A stretch of DNA of 64,000 nucleotides from a bacterium (GCA_965207065.1 OZ242260.1:704001-768000), one strand, 5' to 3'. Positions 8,215 to 18,552 are shown, numbered from the stretch's first letter. Numbers and translations: made by a program. The notes: a model not told the origin generated them from the letters alone.

Positions 8215-9252
8215 ATGAAAGCGATGGTATTGGCGGAGGCGGGCGCGCCCTTCGTCCTGGAGGAACGGCCCATCCCCGTAGCGGGGCCGGGCGAGGCGGT
8301 GGCGCGCGTGCTGGCCTGCGGCTCGGGGCTTACGATCGAACACACCCGGGCGGGCCGCATGGGCGGGAATTTCCCGCTCGTGATAGGGCATGAGATCACC
8401 GCAGAGATCACGCAGGTGGGCGCGGGCGTGGAGGAACTCAGCGAAGGGACGCCCGTGACGGCGTATTACTATTTCACCTGCGGGCGCTGCCGCTGGTGCC
8501 GCGTTAACCGCGAGACCCTGTGCGATAATCTCGCCGGTCACGTCGGACGCCAGATGGACGGCGGCTACGCCGAGTACATCAAGCTGCCCGCCAGAAGCTT
8601 CATCCCCCTGCCCGAGGGGCTGGACTACAAGGGGCATCCCGCCGAGGTGGGCGTCATCTCGGACGCCATCGCCACGCCGTACAAGGTGGTCGGCCACGCG
8701 GGAATTCGCCCGATGGAGAACGTGGCCGTGGTGGGCGGCGGCGGCGGCGTGGGAATCCACATGGTGATGATGGCGCGCTGGGCGGGCGCGCGCGTCATCG
8801 CCGTCGACATCGCAGCGGATAAGCTGGGCAAATGCCGCGACATGGGCGCGCACGATACGGTGGATGCCTCCCAGGAGAACCTGGGCGATGCGCTGCGTGA
8901 TTTGACCGGGGGCGCGGGCGTGGACGTCGTCGTCGATTTCGTCTGCACCGCCGAGGGGGTCGAGGGCGGCCTGCGCGGGCTGGGCAAGGGGGGCCGCTTC
9001 CTCGCCATGGGCTCCAACCGGATAGAGCGCTTCCCCTTTTCTCCGCGCGAGTTGCTCCGAGAGGAACAGCAGATCCTGGGCAGCCGCTACGCCACCCGGC
9101 AGGAGGTGATCGACTCGCTCGAAATCGTGGCGCGAGGCGAGGCCTGGCCGCTGGTAAGCGAGACCTACCCGCTCGAGGAGGCCAACCTCGTACACGAACG
9201 ACTGAAAGCGGGCCAAGTCACCGGACGCGCCGCTCTGGTGATGTCTCAATAA
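8215..9252 (+). CDS. zinc-binding (MDR) alcohol dehydrogenase family protein
   Basis: IGHE motif, structural Zn site CGRCRWC...LC, and GGGGGVG NAD-binding loop. Confidence 0.9.
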   Translation: MKAMVLAEAGAPFVLEERPIPVAGPGEAVARVLACGSGLTIEHTRAGRMGGNFPLVIGHEITAEITQVGAGVEELSEGTPVTAYYYFTCGRCRWCRVNRETLCDNLAGHVGRQMDGGYAEYIKLPARSFIPLPEGLDYKGHPAEVGVISDAIATPYKVVGHAGIRPMENVAVVGGGGGVGIHMVMMARWAGARVIAVDIAADKLGKCRDMGAHDTVDASQENLGDALRDLTGGAGVDVVVDFVCTAEGVEGGLRGLGKGGRFLAMGSNRIERFPFSPRELLREEQQILGSRYATRQEVIDSLEIVARGEAWPLVSETYPLEEANLVHERLKAGQVTGRAALVMSQ

Positions 9253-9289
9253 TAGAAGACGCTTTCAGGTCCTTCAGCGCGGGGGTTGC

Positions 9290-10750
9290 TCAATCCGGGG
9301 TCAGCGCCTCCCTGCCAAAGCGCTCAATCGTCTCGAGCGTCTCGCGCACGTCGTCCCATGTCGTGGTGTGGTTGATGATGCAGAACCTGAGCGCGAACTT
9401 CCCCTTGAGAAGGGTGGATGAGACGAACGCCTTGTCGTCCCAGAAGATGCGGGCGAGCATCGTCTTGTTGATCTCCTCAAGCGCCTTATCGTCTAGTCCT
9501 GAGTCCGCCGGATTGACCCGGAAGCACACGACACCCAGCGAGACGGGCGTCAGCATCTCCAGAACCGGGCTCTCGCGGACGTACGCCTCCGCACGTTCGG
9601 CCAGTTCCATGCCCTTCGAGACGGCCTGCCGGAACGCGGCCATGCCGAAGGTCTGCACCGACATCCAGACCTTCAAGGCCCGGAAGGAACGGCTGAGCTG
9701 CAGGCCGCGATCGGAGAAGTTCGGGTGATTCGCGCCCCATATCGTGTCCTGTAAAATATCGTGCCGCACCGCAAACGCATTTTCGAGCGTAGTAACATCC
9801 TTCACGAGCAGGGCGCCCGCCTCGTAGGGCTGAAAGAACCATTTGTGCGCGTCCATTCCGATTGAATCGGCGCGCTCCATGCCCTTCAGGAGATTCTTGC
9901 CCTGCTCGGTGACGGCCGCGAAACCGCCGTAGGCGGCGTCGACGTGCAGCCAGATGCCCTGCGCATCGCAGAAGTCCGCCATCTCCCCGAGCGGGTCGAT
10001 AGCCCCCGTGCTCACCGCTCCGGCGTTGGCGCACACCGCGATAGGATGGAGCCCCGCCGCGCGATCCTCATTCACGGCGCGGGCGAGCGACTCCATATCC
10101 AGGCGGAAGTCTCCATCGCTCGGAAGAAGCCGTATCCGCTCGGGCTTGACGCCGATAATCCGCGCCGCGCGGATATGGGCGCTGTGGCTCTGGTCGCTCA
10201 TGTACACGCTCGCGCGATCGGGATGACCCGACGCTTCGCGCGCCGCGACGAAGGCGTCCAGGCTCGCCGCCGAACCCCCGCTCGTGAAAAGTCCGCCCGC
10301 GCTTTCGGGATAGCCGACCCAGCGCCGGAACCAGTCGATGACGACGAGTTCGAGCTGGCTCGGGCCGCTCGCGACCAGCCAGGTGCATTGGTTGATGGTG
10401 TAGCCTGCGGCCATGAAGTCGGCCAACACGCCGGGCCAGGTGGGTGAGGTCGAAACGAACGCAAGGGAACGGGGATGGTCCAGGCGCAACGAAAACGGGA
10501 GAATATCGCGCGCGGCGCGCTCCAAAACCTCCGACGCCGGACGGGCGGCCTCGGGCGGAGCCTCCATGAGCTGTTTTTCGAGTTCCTGCTGGAAATCCCC
10601 GTCCCACGCGCCTTGCTCGGCCAGATTCCCGCTTCGCTCCACGAGAATTTCCGCCGCCCTGCGCGCCAGATCGAGCATCTCTTCGGGCGCCATCCTGAGG
10701 CCGTCGCTCTCCCCAGCCTGCGCTTCTCTTCTTCCCTCCGAATTATCCAT
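9290..10750 (-). CDS. group II PLP-dependent decarboxylase (aromatic-L-amino-acid decarboxylase-like), copy 1
   Basis: HPR, TSGGS, SDQSHS, GAIDPL, WLHVDAAYGG, DAHKW (PLP lysine) and QLSRSFRALKVW motifs. GGAG RBS favours ATG 10750 over the track start at 10882. Confidence 0.9.
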   Translation of the reverse strand: MDNSEGRREAQAGESDGLRMAPEEMLDLARRAAEILVERSGNLAEQGAWDGDFQQELEKQLMEAPPEAARPASEVLERAARDILPFSLRLDHPRSLAFVSTSPTWPGVLADFMAAGYTINQCTWLVASGPSQLELVVIDWFRRWVGYPESAGGLFTSGGSAASLDAFVAAREASGHPDRASVYMSDQSHSAHIRAARIIGVKPERIRLLPSDGDFRLDMESLARAVNEDRAAGLHPIAVCANAGAVSTGAIDPLGEMADFCDAQGIWLHVDAAYGGFAAVTEQGKNLLKGMERADSIGMDAHKWFFQPYEAGALLVKDVTTLENAFAVRHDILQDTIWGANHPNFSDRGLQLSRSFRALKVWMSVQTFGMAAFRQAVSKGMELAERAEAYVRESPVLEMLTPVSLGVVCFRVNPADSGLDDKALEEINKTMLARIFWDDKAFVSSTLLKGKFALRFCIINHTTTWDDVRETLETIERFGREALTPD

Positions 10751-11119
10751 TACGCATCTCCCATCGTATTGTGACATCGGAATAGAACATGGGGTGGTGC
10801 CAAAGAGACTGTTGCGGAGCCTTGCTCCCAGCGTCCCGTCCCACCCGAGCAGCCGGTCTTGCGTAACGGATATTCCCGTCACTTCATGTGTCGCATGCCG
10901 TCAATCTTCATTGATACGAATGAGGTTGTCAAAGAGAAAGGGCAAGCAGACCCCAGCCGACGGATGCCGGGAGGGCGTATCAGGAAAACGCAGCCAGGCA
11001 ATGGATACACATTACACAGATAGCGAACGATATTCGTTTCCTTTCAGCCCCATTTCTGGTGACTTGACCGGCAAATATCCAGCCGCTACAGGAATCGGGA
11101 AACGCAGGGAAGCGACCTC

Positions 11120-12583
11120 CTAACCATTTTCCTGCGCCAAAGCCTCTCCCCCGAACCGCTCAATCGTCTCAAGCGTCTCGCGCACGTCGTCCCATGTCGT
11201 GTTGTGGTTGATGATGCAGAACCTGAGCGCGAATCTCCCTTTGAGAAGCGTGGATGAGACGAACGCCTTATCGTCCCAGAAGATGCGGGCGAGAACCGTT
11301 TTGTTGATCTCCCCCAGCGCTTCCTCGTCGAGGTCCGCTTCCGCCGGACTCACCCGGAAGCAAACAATCCCCAGCGACACGGGCGTCAGCATCTCCAGAA
11401 CCGGGCTCTCGCGAACGTACTCCTCGGCTTGTGCGGCCAGTTCCATGCCCTTGGAGACGGCCCGCCGGAACGCGGCCATGCCGAAGGTCTGCACCGACAT
11501 CCAGACCTTGAGCGCCCGGAACGAGCGGCTCAGCTGCAGACCGCGATCCGAGAAATTCGGGTGGTTCGCGCCCCATATCGTGTCCTGGAGAATGTCGTGC
11601 CGCACCGCGAAGGCGCGCTCGAGTGTTGCCACGTCCTTCACGAGCAGGGCGCCCGCCTCGTAGGGCTGGAAGAACCATTTGTGCGCGTCCATCCCGATCG
11701 AATCGGCGCGCTCCATTCCTGCGAGGAGTTCCCTGCCCCGCTCCGTGACGGCCGCGAAGCCGCCATAAGCGGCGTCGACGTGCAGCCAGATTCCGTGCGC
11801 CTCGCAGAAATCCGCCATCTCCCCGAGCGGGTCGATCGCCCCCGTGCTGGAGGCTCCGGCGTTGGCGCACACCGCGATGGGATGGAGGCCCGCGGCGCGA
11901 TCTTCCGCCACGGCGCGCGTGAGCGCCTCCATGTCCAGGCGGAAGCGTTCATCGCTCGGGAGCAGCCGGATGCGTTCGGGCCGTATACCGATGATCCTTG
12001 CCGCGCGGACGTGCGCGCTGTGGCTCTGATCGGCCATGTAAACGCTCGCGCGATCGGGATGACCCGCCGCTTCGCGCGCCGCGACGAAGGCGTCCACGCT
12101 GGCAGCCGAACCACCGCTCGTGAAAAGCCCGCCCGCGCCCTCGGGGTAACCGATCCAGCGACGGAACCAGTCGATGACGACCAGTTCGAGCTGGCTCGGG
12201 CCGCTCGCGACAAGCCAGGTGCATTGATTGACGTGGAAGCCCGAAGCCATGAAGTCGGCCAGCACCCCGGGCCAGGTGGGCGAGGAGGGGATGAAGCCGA
12301 AGAAGCGGGGATGATCGTTACGCCCCGTGAGGGGGAGTATCTCGCGCGCGGCGCGCTCTAAAACCTCCAGCGCCGGGCGGCCTTCCTCGGGCGGAGTCGC
12401 CATCAGTTGCTTTTCGAGTTCCTGCTGAAAATCTCCGTCCCAGGCGCCCTCTTCGGGGAGCCTCTCGATGCGCTCCACCAATAGTTCCGACGCCCTGCGC
12501 GCAAGCTCAAGCATCGTCTCGGGCGTCATATGGAGGTTATCGCTCCCCAGGTCCGAAGCGGCTCTTCTCTCAGAATCTGCCAT
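11120..12583 (-). CDS. group II PLP-dependent decarboxylase (aromatic-L-amino-acid decarboxylase-like), copy 2
   Basis: Same motifs as copy 1, with long stretches identical. Confidence 0.9.
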   Translation of the reverse strand: MADSERRAASDLGSDNLHMTPETMLELARRASELLVERIERLPEEGAWDGDFQQELEKQLMATPPEEGRPALEVLERAAREILPLTGRNDHPRFFGFIPSSPTWPGVLADFMASGFHVNQCTWLVASGPSQLELVVIDWFRRWIGYPEGAGGLFTSGGSAASVDAFVAAREAAGHPDRASVYMADQSHSAHVRAARIIGIRPERIRLLPSDERFRLDMEALTRAVAEDRAAGLHPIAVCANAGASSTGAIDPLGEMADFCEAHGIWLHVDAAYGGFAAVTERGRELLAGMERADSIGMDAHKWFFQPYEAGALLVKDVATLERAFAVRHDILQDTIWGANHPNFSDRGLQLSRSFRALKVWMSVQTFGMAAFRRAVSKGMELAAQAEEYVRESPVLEMLTPVSLGIVCFRVSPAEADLDEEALGEINKTVLARIFWDDKAFVSSTLLKGRFALRFCIINHNTTWDDVRETLETIERFGGEALAQENG

Positions 12584-13068
12584 TACACCTCACCTGCCAT
12601 CCAGTAAACAACTATTCACCAAAGCGACTACCAAGGCTCTATCGCAGATTACCCCACAACTGCGCTCCCTCTCGCACGCAGTCGGGCGCGGAGCAAGCGA
12701 ACCTCCTGGATATTTTCAGTGTCGCACTCCAAAACTATGATGGACTCACTTCGCTCAGTCAAGATAATTTGAGGGATTTTCGCACTTGCGGAGTCGTCAG
12801 AAGCACCCGACGCAGGGTGCCCCAAACAATGTTGACCAAGAATGATGCCGCTAGTTGCCAAACACGAAGAAATTTTATAAGGTATTGAGCGCATTTCTCA
12901 GAGAAGTAGTCCTGAATGACTACGCCCTCTGTTCGAAAATTTGAGGGTGGGGTTGTGTTGATGCGGGATGAGGTATTACGCTAGGCATATTATACTTGTT
13001 GCCAAGGCATACACCCTCGGGGTATCAGATCAATACAAATCTCACGCTGTTGGGAGGCAGAGCCAAGC

Positions 13069-13407
13069 ATGGAAATCAAGACTGAGCAGGAAAACGGGAC
13101 CTTGGTCGTGCAGGTAGATGGCCGCATCGACGGAGCCACTGCCCCGGAATTCGAGAGCACCATAAAGAACATTATCAGCGAAGACGACCACGCCGTCATT
13201 GTAAATTTCGAGGGGGTCTCGTATATCAGCAGCGCCGGCCTCCGCGCCGTTCTTCTCGTCGCCAAGCAGCTAAGCCAAAGCAACACGAAGTTCGCCCTGT
13301 ACGCGCTCGGAGAACTGACGCGCGAAGTTTTCGAGATATCCGGTTTCGACCGCATTATTCAAATACACGCATCGAAAGCGGACGCGCTTGCAGCGACCGC
13401 GAACTGA
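13069..13407 (+). CDS. STAS-domain anti-sigma factor antagonist (RsbV/SpoIIAA-like)
   Basis: GRIDG, VSYISSAGLR (phosphorylatable Ser) and EVFEISGF motifs; GGGAGG RBS. Confidence 0.92.
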   Translation: MEIKTEQENGTLVVQVDGRIDGATAPEFESTIKNIISEDDHAVIVNFEGVSYISSAGLRAVLLVAKQLSQSNTKFALYALGELTREVFEISGFDRIIQIHASKADALAATAN

Positions 13408-13548
13408 CAACCGAAAGACAAGAAACAGGGAACGAAAAACGCTTTCTCGGGCGTCTCGCCTGATGGATTCGCGCGCCGCGCTTCTTGTCGCGGCCTTCGC
13501 AATCCTACATATCCCTTGAAATCTTTCAGGTTCGGAAGTTGGAACGGA

Positions 13549-15738
13549 TTACCGGGGTAAGTCGATTATCATCTCCGTGTATTCGTCCGGTTCGGTTTCG
13601 ACCCGTATGTGTCCCCCATGCTGACGAATAATGTCGCTGGAGAGCGATAGGCCAAGCCCGGTGCCCTTGTCCGTCGGCTTGGTCGTGAAGAAGGGGTTGA
13701 ATATCTTCTCGGCGACTTCGGGCGGCATACCACTCCCGTTGTCGCGAATGCGTACCTCGATGCCATCCGGCCTGCACTTGGTGGCGACCCTGAGGGTGGG
13801 ATCGTAGCGCGGCGCATCTTCGGCCGAGGAGGCGGAGAGTTTTTGTCGCTTCTCGTCGGTGGCGTAGCAGGCGTTGCTCACCATGTTCAAGAAGACGCGG
13901 CCCAAATCCTGCGGAATGGCATCGAACTCCACCATATCCGGGTCCAAATCCCAATCGAGCGTGATGTTGAAATTCGGATCGGCCGCCCGTGCGCTGTGGT
14001 AGGCGAGACGCGCGTGTTCCTCGATCAGGGTATTGATGTTGGTCGGCTGCGCATCGCCCGAACCCCTGCCCATCTGGAGCATGCTCTCCACGATATTGTT
14101 GGCCCGCTCCCCATGCTCGCGGATGCGCTGGAGGTTGCCGGTGAGGTCTTCGCCGATTTCGGTGATGACCTCGATCGGATCTTCCTCGTCCTGTTTTTTC
14201 TCTTCCTTCTCCGGTTCTTGTCCGTTCTCCTGTCCGTTGCCGCCGTGAGTCTCCACCTTTCCCAGCTCTTCCATCAATTCTTCCATCAACTCCTCGGAGA
14301 CTTCCGAGAAGTTCTTGATGAAGTTCAGCGGATTTCTGATCTCGTGGGCGACGCCCGCCGTCAGTTCACCGAGCGCCGCGAGTTTCTCGCGCATGACGAT
14401 CTGATCCTGCGCTTTCTCCAGATCGCCGAGCGCGCTTTCGAGTTCTTCGTTCTTGCCCTTGATTTCCTCGGCCAGTTTTTCCACCAGGTTCAGACGCTGC
14501 ACCTCCAGGGCGTGGCGACGGAAGATCTCGAGCGCCGCGGCCATTTCCGCGACTTCGTCCTGTCCGCCGATATCGACTTTCTCCTCCAGATCGCCATCGG
14601 CCATCCGGCGCATGCGGTCCGAAAGCTGCCCGAGCCGACGCGAAAGTACGCGGCCGATGAACAGCCAGCCGATCAGCACGGCGCCGATGAAACTGATGGC
14701 GCTCAGCGCGAGCAGGATGTTGCTGCCGGTGCTGATGGCCTGGGCGGAATCCTGGGTGGCCTGTTTTGCGCTCTTGCGGGCCGTGCTCACCAGCGTTTCG
14801 GTGGCGGCCAGAATTTTCGCTTCCAGGGATTCGTGAAAAGAGAGCAACTCACCCTGTTTCCTCTCGAGCGCCAGTTCGCCCGCCCGCAGGTTGAACCCTC
14901 CCTCCTCGCCGTTACTCAGCTCGATCATCTGCTCGAAAAGAGGCTCGAGGGCAGCGCGCACCGGAACGTTCCCGAGCGCGCCCAGGCGCCGCCTGATGCC
15001 GCGCACCGTGGCCTCGAAACGCTCGCGCAGCGGCTCGAGCAGGGCGGCGTCCGATACGCTGAAGGCGGTGGCGAGAAGCTGCGCCGCGATGGTGGCGTCC
15101 GACCTCAGACCGGCGATGTAGCGGTAGAGGTTGATTCCCTCTTCCGAGAAGTGTTGCTCGCGCGGGACGGACGGCTTGTCGATTTTGCTGAAGCCCGTCA
15201 TGGCGAAGAACAGCTGATCGTCGATGGCGGGAACCATGACGTTGCTCAATTCCTTGCGCACCCACGTGAGCTGGAGCTGCAGCGTATCGTGCGAATCGGT
15301 GAGGTCGAAGCGCTGCAGCACCAATCGTTTGATGGCGGTGAGGTTTTCGATGAGCACGTCGCCGAGTTTCTTGATGCGCAGGGAGATTTCCTGATTGCCT
15401 CCCTGGCGTATCAGCGCCGCCAGCGCTTTCTCGAACGCCTCCTGGTCCTTGGCGACCTCGGTGGCTATCTGCTCCAGATTATCGGGATTCACCACAGCGG
15501 CCAGGCGAGGCGCCGCGGCCACCAGGGCGCTGCTGTGCTGAGCGGTTCCAAAGGCGCTCGCCAGGAATGGAACGGTGCCCTCGTTCACGCGATTCTGCAC
15601 CCCTCCCACGAATGCGAACGAGACCCATGCGACCACGCTCGCGATGACGGTGAGAGAGGCGGCGGCGCCGATGCTGAGGTAGAGCTGCGTCGATATCTGG
15701 TAACGCTTGTCCAGAAGGATTTTCAGCGCGCTTTTCAT
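13549..15738 (-). CDS. membrane sensor histidine kinase (helical TorS-like periplasmic domain, HAMP, HisKA, HATPase)
   Basis: Two TM segments, HAMP (MADGDL...DEVAEM), H-box VAHEIRNP, N-box LNMVSNA, DNGSG, FNPFFTTK and GTGLGL. ATG 15738 overlaps the stop of the upstream gene (ATGA). Confidence 0.9.
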   Translation of the reverse strand: MKSALKILLDKRYQISTQLYLSIGAAASLTVIASVVAWVSFAFVGGVQNRVNEGTVPFLASAFGTAQHSSALVAAAPRLAAVVNPDNLEQIATEVAKDQEAFEKALAALIRQGGNQEISLRIKKLGDVLIENLTAIKRLVLQRFDLTDSHDTLQLQLTWVRKELSNVMVPAIDDQLFFAMTGFSKIDKPSVPREQHFSEEGINLYRYIAGLRSDATIAAQLLATAFSVSDAALLEPLRERFEATVRGIRRRLGALGNVPVRAALEPLFEQMIELSNGEEGGFNLRAGELALERKQGELLSFHESLEAKILAATETLVSTARKSAKQATQDSAQAISTGSNILLALSAISFIGAVLIGWLFIGRVLSRRLGQLSDRMRRMADGDLEEKVDIGGQDEVAEMAAALEIFRRHALEVQRLNLVEKLAEEIKGKNEELESALGDLEKAQDQIVMREKLAALGELTAGVAHEIRNPLNFIKNFSEVSEELMEELMEELGKVETHGGNGQENGQEPEKEEKKQDEEDPIEVITEIGEDLTGNLQRIREHGERANNIVESMLQMGRGSGDAQPTNINTLIEEHARLAYHSARAADPNFNITLDWDLDPDMVEFDAIPQDLGRVFLNMVSNACYATDEKRQKLSASSAEDAPRYDPTLRVATKCRPDGIEVRIRDNGSGMPPEVAEKIFNPFFTTKPTDKGTGLGLSLSSDIIRQHGGHIRVETEPDEYTEMIIDLPR

Positions 15739-16922
15739 CGCTTCTCCGGCCGCAGGATTTTTTCGGTCGAAACGTAGCGGCCGCCCTCTCCGATGACGGT
15801 GAGGAAAACGGCGTCCGAACCCTGGTTGTCGTCTTTGCCGTAGCGGAGCTTGAATCCACCGAGGTCGATGGTGGCCGCGCGGTTCAGACCCTCGAGAAGA
15901 CAGGCGCGATCGGGCTCGCGTCCACACAGTTCGAGGGCGCGGATGGTCAGTCTGCCGGCCATGTAGCCCTCCAGGGAGACGAAGCTGGGAACCGCTCCGG
16001 GCTTGTGAACCTCCAGATCCCGCCGGTAGTCCGCCGCGACCTTGAGATTCTTCGTCGTCGGGAACGGAACAACCTGAGTGACGTAGATGCCGACGCCGGC
16101 GGGGCCGAGTTCATGTACGAGCGCATTGCTGCCCACGAAGGAGAGCGTCACGAAAATCGGATTGAACCCCGTGTGGCGAGCCCAGGCGATAAAGGAAGCA
16201 ACGGGTTTATAGGCTCCCACGAGGACCACGGCCCCGGGGTTTGCGCGTCTGATGTCGAGCAGGGCCGTTTTGACCGCCGTCGTATTCCGTGGATAGACTC
16301 CGGTGACCGCAGGCTTCAGATTGCGCCGCTCGAGTGCGCGGCGAACGCCCCGGTAGCCCGCCAAGCCGAAAGAATCGTCCTGGTAGAGCACGGCGATCTT
16401 CTTGACGCCCAAGTCCTTGATCAGCCGATTCACCATCTCCTCGGTCTCCTGGAAGTAGGAGGCGCGCAGGTTGATGATGTTTTTCCATTTGGGATTGCGC
16501 AAGAAGGCGGCGCCGGTGAAGGGCGCGATATAGGGGACGCCCGCTTTTGCGGCGACCGGAGTGGCCGAGCGCGAGGTGGGCGTGCCGACGGCCCCGATGA
16601 GCGCGAAGACCTTGCTCTGTTCTATCAACCGGCGGGTATTCAGGATGGCGGCTTCGGGTTCATACGCATCGTCGAGGGAAGTGAGTTCGAGCCGGCGTCC
16701 GAAAACGCCGCCGCGCACGTTCGACGCGCGAAAGGCGGCTTCGATGCCGAGGCGCATTTCCTCGCCCAGAGCCCTCGCGGGTCCGGTGAAGGCGGCGGAC
16801 TGGCCGAAGAGAATCCGGTGGGGGGAAACCCCGGGCACGGCCGCTTGCGCTCCCGACACCGAGCAGATTATCGCTGCAGCAAGGAGGATAAGCGTCCGGC
16901 GGATTCTGAGCGAGAGGCTCAT
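15735..16922 (-). CDS. periplasmic substrate-binding protein (LivJ/Peripla_BP_6-like), orphan
   Basis: Signal peptide; GQSAAFTGP, LDDAYEP, GAVGTPT, RASY, YQDDSFG and SLEGY motifs. No permease or ATPase gene in the operon. Confidence 0.88.
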   Translation of the reverse strand: MSLSLRIRRTLILLAAAIICSVSGAQAAVPGVSPHRILFGQSAAFTGPARALGEEMRLGIEAAFRASNVRGGVFGRRLELTSLDDAYEPEAAILNTRRLIEQSKVFALIGAVGTPTSRSATPVAAKAGVPYIAPFTGAAFLRNPKWKNIINLRASYFQETEEMVNRLIKDLGVKKIAVLYQDDSFGLAGYRGVRRALERRNLKPAVTGVYPRNTTAVKTALLDIRRANPGAVVLVGAYKPVASFIAWARHTGFNPIFVTLSFVGSNALVHELGPAGVGIYVTQVVPFPTTKNLKVAADYRRDLEVHKPGAVPSFVSLEGYMAGRLTIRALELCGREPDRACLLEGLNRAATIDLGGFKLRYGKDDNQGSDAVFLTVIGEGGRYVSTEKILRPEKR

Positions 16923-17341
16923 TCACTCCTCCGCTTGACAAGGCGCATGTGGTTCTTGTTCTCCTCCCGTCGATAAGTCACTTCGTCCATCATCGTTCGC
17001 ACCAGATGGATGCCGAGCCCGCCCACGGCACGGTCCTCGATAGTCGATTCCGTGTCCGGGTCGGGGGCGTCGGTCAGGGGATCGAACGGACGGCCGCTGT
17101 CAATAATATCGATGACCACCGACTCCGCGTCCGAGAAGAGTTCAATCTTGATTTCACCTTCTTCTCCTTCGCTGCTGCCGTGGTGAACGACGTTGAGCAC
17201 CAGTTCTTCGAGCACGAGGTCGACCTGGAATTCGATGTCGGGCGGCCAATCCTGCTCGCGGCTGAATTCCCCGATGGCGGATTGAATGCGCGGGAGATCG
17301 GCGGCTTCGAACCCCATGGTCAATGAAAGTTTCGCGCTCAT
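16919..17341 (-). CDS. anti-sigma factor Ser/Thr kinase (RsbW/SpoIIAB-like)
   Basis: EELVLNVVHHG (N-box), IDSGRPFDP and GGLGIHLV motifs. Confidence 0.92.
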   Translation of the reverse strand: MSAKLSLTMGFEAADLPRIQSAIGEFSREQDWPPDIEFQVDLVLEELVLNVVHHGSSEGEEGEIKIELFSDAESVVIDIIDSGRPFDPLTDAPDPDTESTIEDRAVGGLGIHLVRTMMDEVTYRREENKNHMRLVKRRSE

Positions 17342-18552
17342 TCGCTCCCCCCGCGGCGGTAAAGGGTCAGACAGGTGATGTCATCGAACTGGGGCGCCCT
17401 GCCTGCGAATTCCTTCACCGCGTCGAAAATCTTGTCGTTGATCTCCTTGGCGGAGGACGGCGACGCGCCTCCGAGAATCCCCAGAAGGCGATCAAGGCCG
17501 AATTGTTCGGTCTTCACGTTCTCGGCCTCCGTCACGCCGTCGGTATAGAGAATGAGGGCTTCGCCGGGCGCGAGAGTCGCATTGTACATGTCGTAGCTGA
17601 ATTCCGGCGCGATCCCCAGAGCTACTCCCGGTTGCTGGGCAAGCAGGCTCGATGAGCCGTCGGCGTGAATGATGACCGGGGGGTTGTGGCCGCCGTTGGC
17701 ATACACCATTTCTCCGGTCTTGGATTCGAAAAAAGCGAAGAAGACGGTGACGAACATCGCGGCCTCGTTGTTTTCCTGAAGCAGCCGGTTCACTTCGCTG
17801 AGCACGTCGCCGGGCCGGAGTAGACGATTCACCTCGCCGAGCACCTCGCCCGGATTCGCGCGCGCGACGGCGACGCTGTTGAGCAGCGTGCGGCTCGACA
17901 TCATGAAGAGCGCGGCGGGCACGCCCTTGCCCGAAACGTCGGCGACCGTGATGCCGATGCGGTCGCCGCCGAGGTTGATCACGTCGAAGAAATCGCCCCC
18001 CACATCCCGGGCCGGCACCATGCCAGCGTAGATTTCGTAGTCGGGGCTCTCGGGAAACTTGGTCGGCAGGATCGACTGCTGCATCTTGCTGGCCAGGTCG
18101 AGGTCACTTCTGAGAGCGACCAGCTTGTCGCGCGCCTCAAGGGCTTCGCGCAGCATGGCGAGGTGTTCGAGGGTCCGATCGATGGTGATACGCAAATCCT
18201 CGAAATCGATCGGCTTGGTGACGAAATCAAACGCGCCCCTGTTCATCGCCGTGCGGATATTCTTCATGTCCCCATACGCCGAAACGACCACGGAACGCAC
18301 GTTGGGGTCGACCGAGGGGATTTGCTTGAGCAGCGTCAGGCCGTCCATCTCCGGCATGTTGATGTCGGTGAGCACCATGTCAATAGGATCGCCGCCGTTC
18401 TCGTTCAAGCGTTCGAGCGCCTCGACTCCGTTGCGCGCGAATACGAACGAATAGCGGCCCCGCCGAATCTCGCGCCGCATGCGCTGCAGCACGAGTTGTT
18501 CGAGATCGGGCTCATCGTCCACCACGAGTATCCTGTGGGGCTCTTCCATCAC
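17338..18552 (-). CDS. response regulator fused to SpoIIE/PP2C phosphatase (RsbU/RsbY-like)
   Basis: REC domain (VVDDE, TDINMP, KP), then VGGDFFD, ADVSGKG, NGGH, YTDGVTEA and DDIT. Confidence 0.93.
   Translation of the reverse strand: MMEEPHRILVVDDEPDLEQLVLQRMRREIRRGRYSFVFARNGVEALERLNENGGDPIDMVLTDINMPEMDGLTLLKQIPSVDPNVRSVVVSAYGDMKNIRTAMNRGAFDFVTKPIDFEDLRITIDRTLEHLAMLREALEARDKLVALRSDLDLASKMQQSILPTKFPESPDYEIYAGMVPARDVGGDFFDVINLGGDRIGITVADVSGKGVPAALFMMSSRTLLNSVAVARANPGEVLGEVNRLLRPGDVLSEVNRLLQENNEAAMFVTVFFAFFESKTGEMVYANGGHNPPVIIHADGSSSLLAQQPGVALGIAPEFSYDMYNATLAPGEALILYTDGVTEAENVKTEQFGLDRLLGILGGASPSSAKEINDKIFDAVKEFAGRAPQFDDITCLTLYRRGGSE

Noticed and set aside
12584-13068. Riboswitch or sRNA in the divergent decarboxylase/STAS intergenic region
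   Set aside because: Only short hairpins are present; I could not recognise an aptamer consensus or terminator.
13843-15777. Long 644-aa plus-strand ORF, and similar antisense ORFs such as 161-1045, 51683-52795 and 56435-57850
   Set aside because: Shadow ORFs opposite well-supported genes, expected in high-GC DNA; no recognisable motifs.
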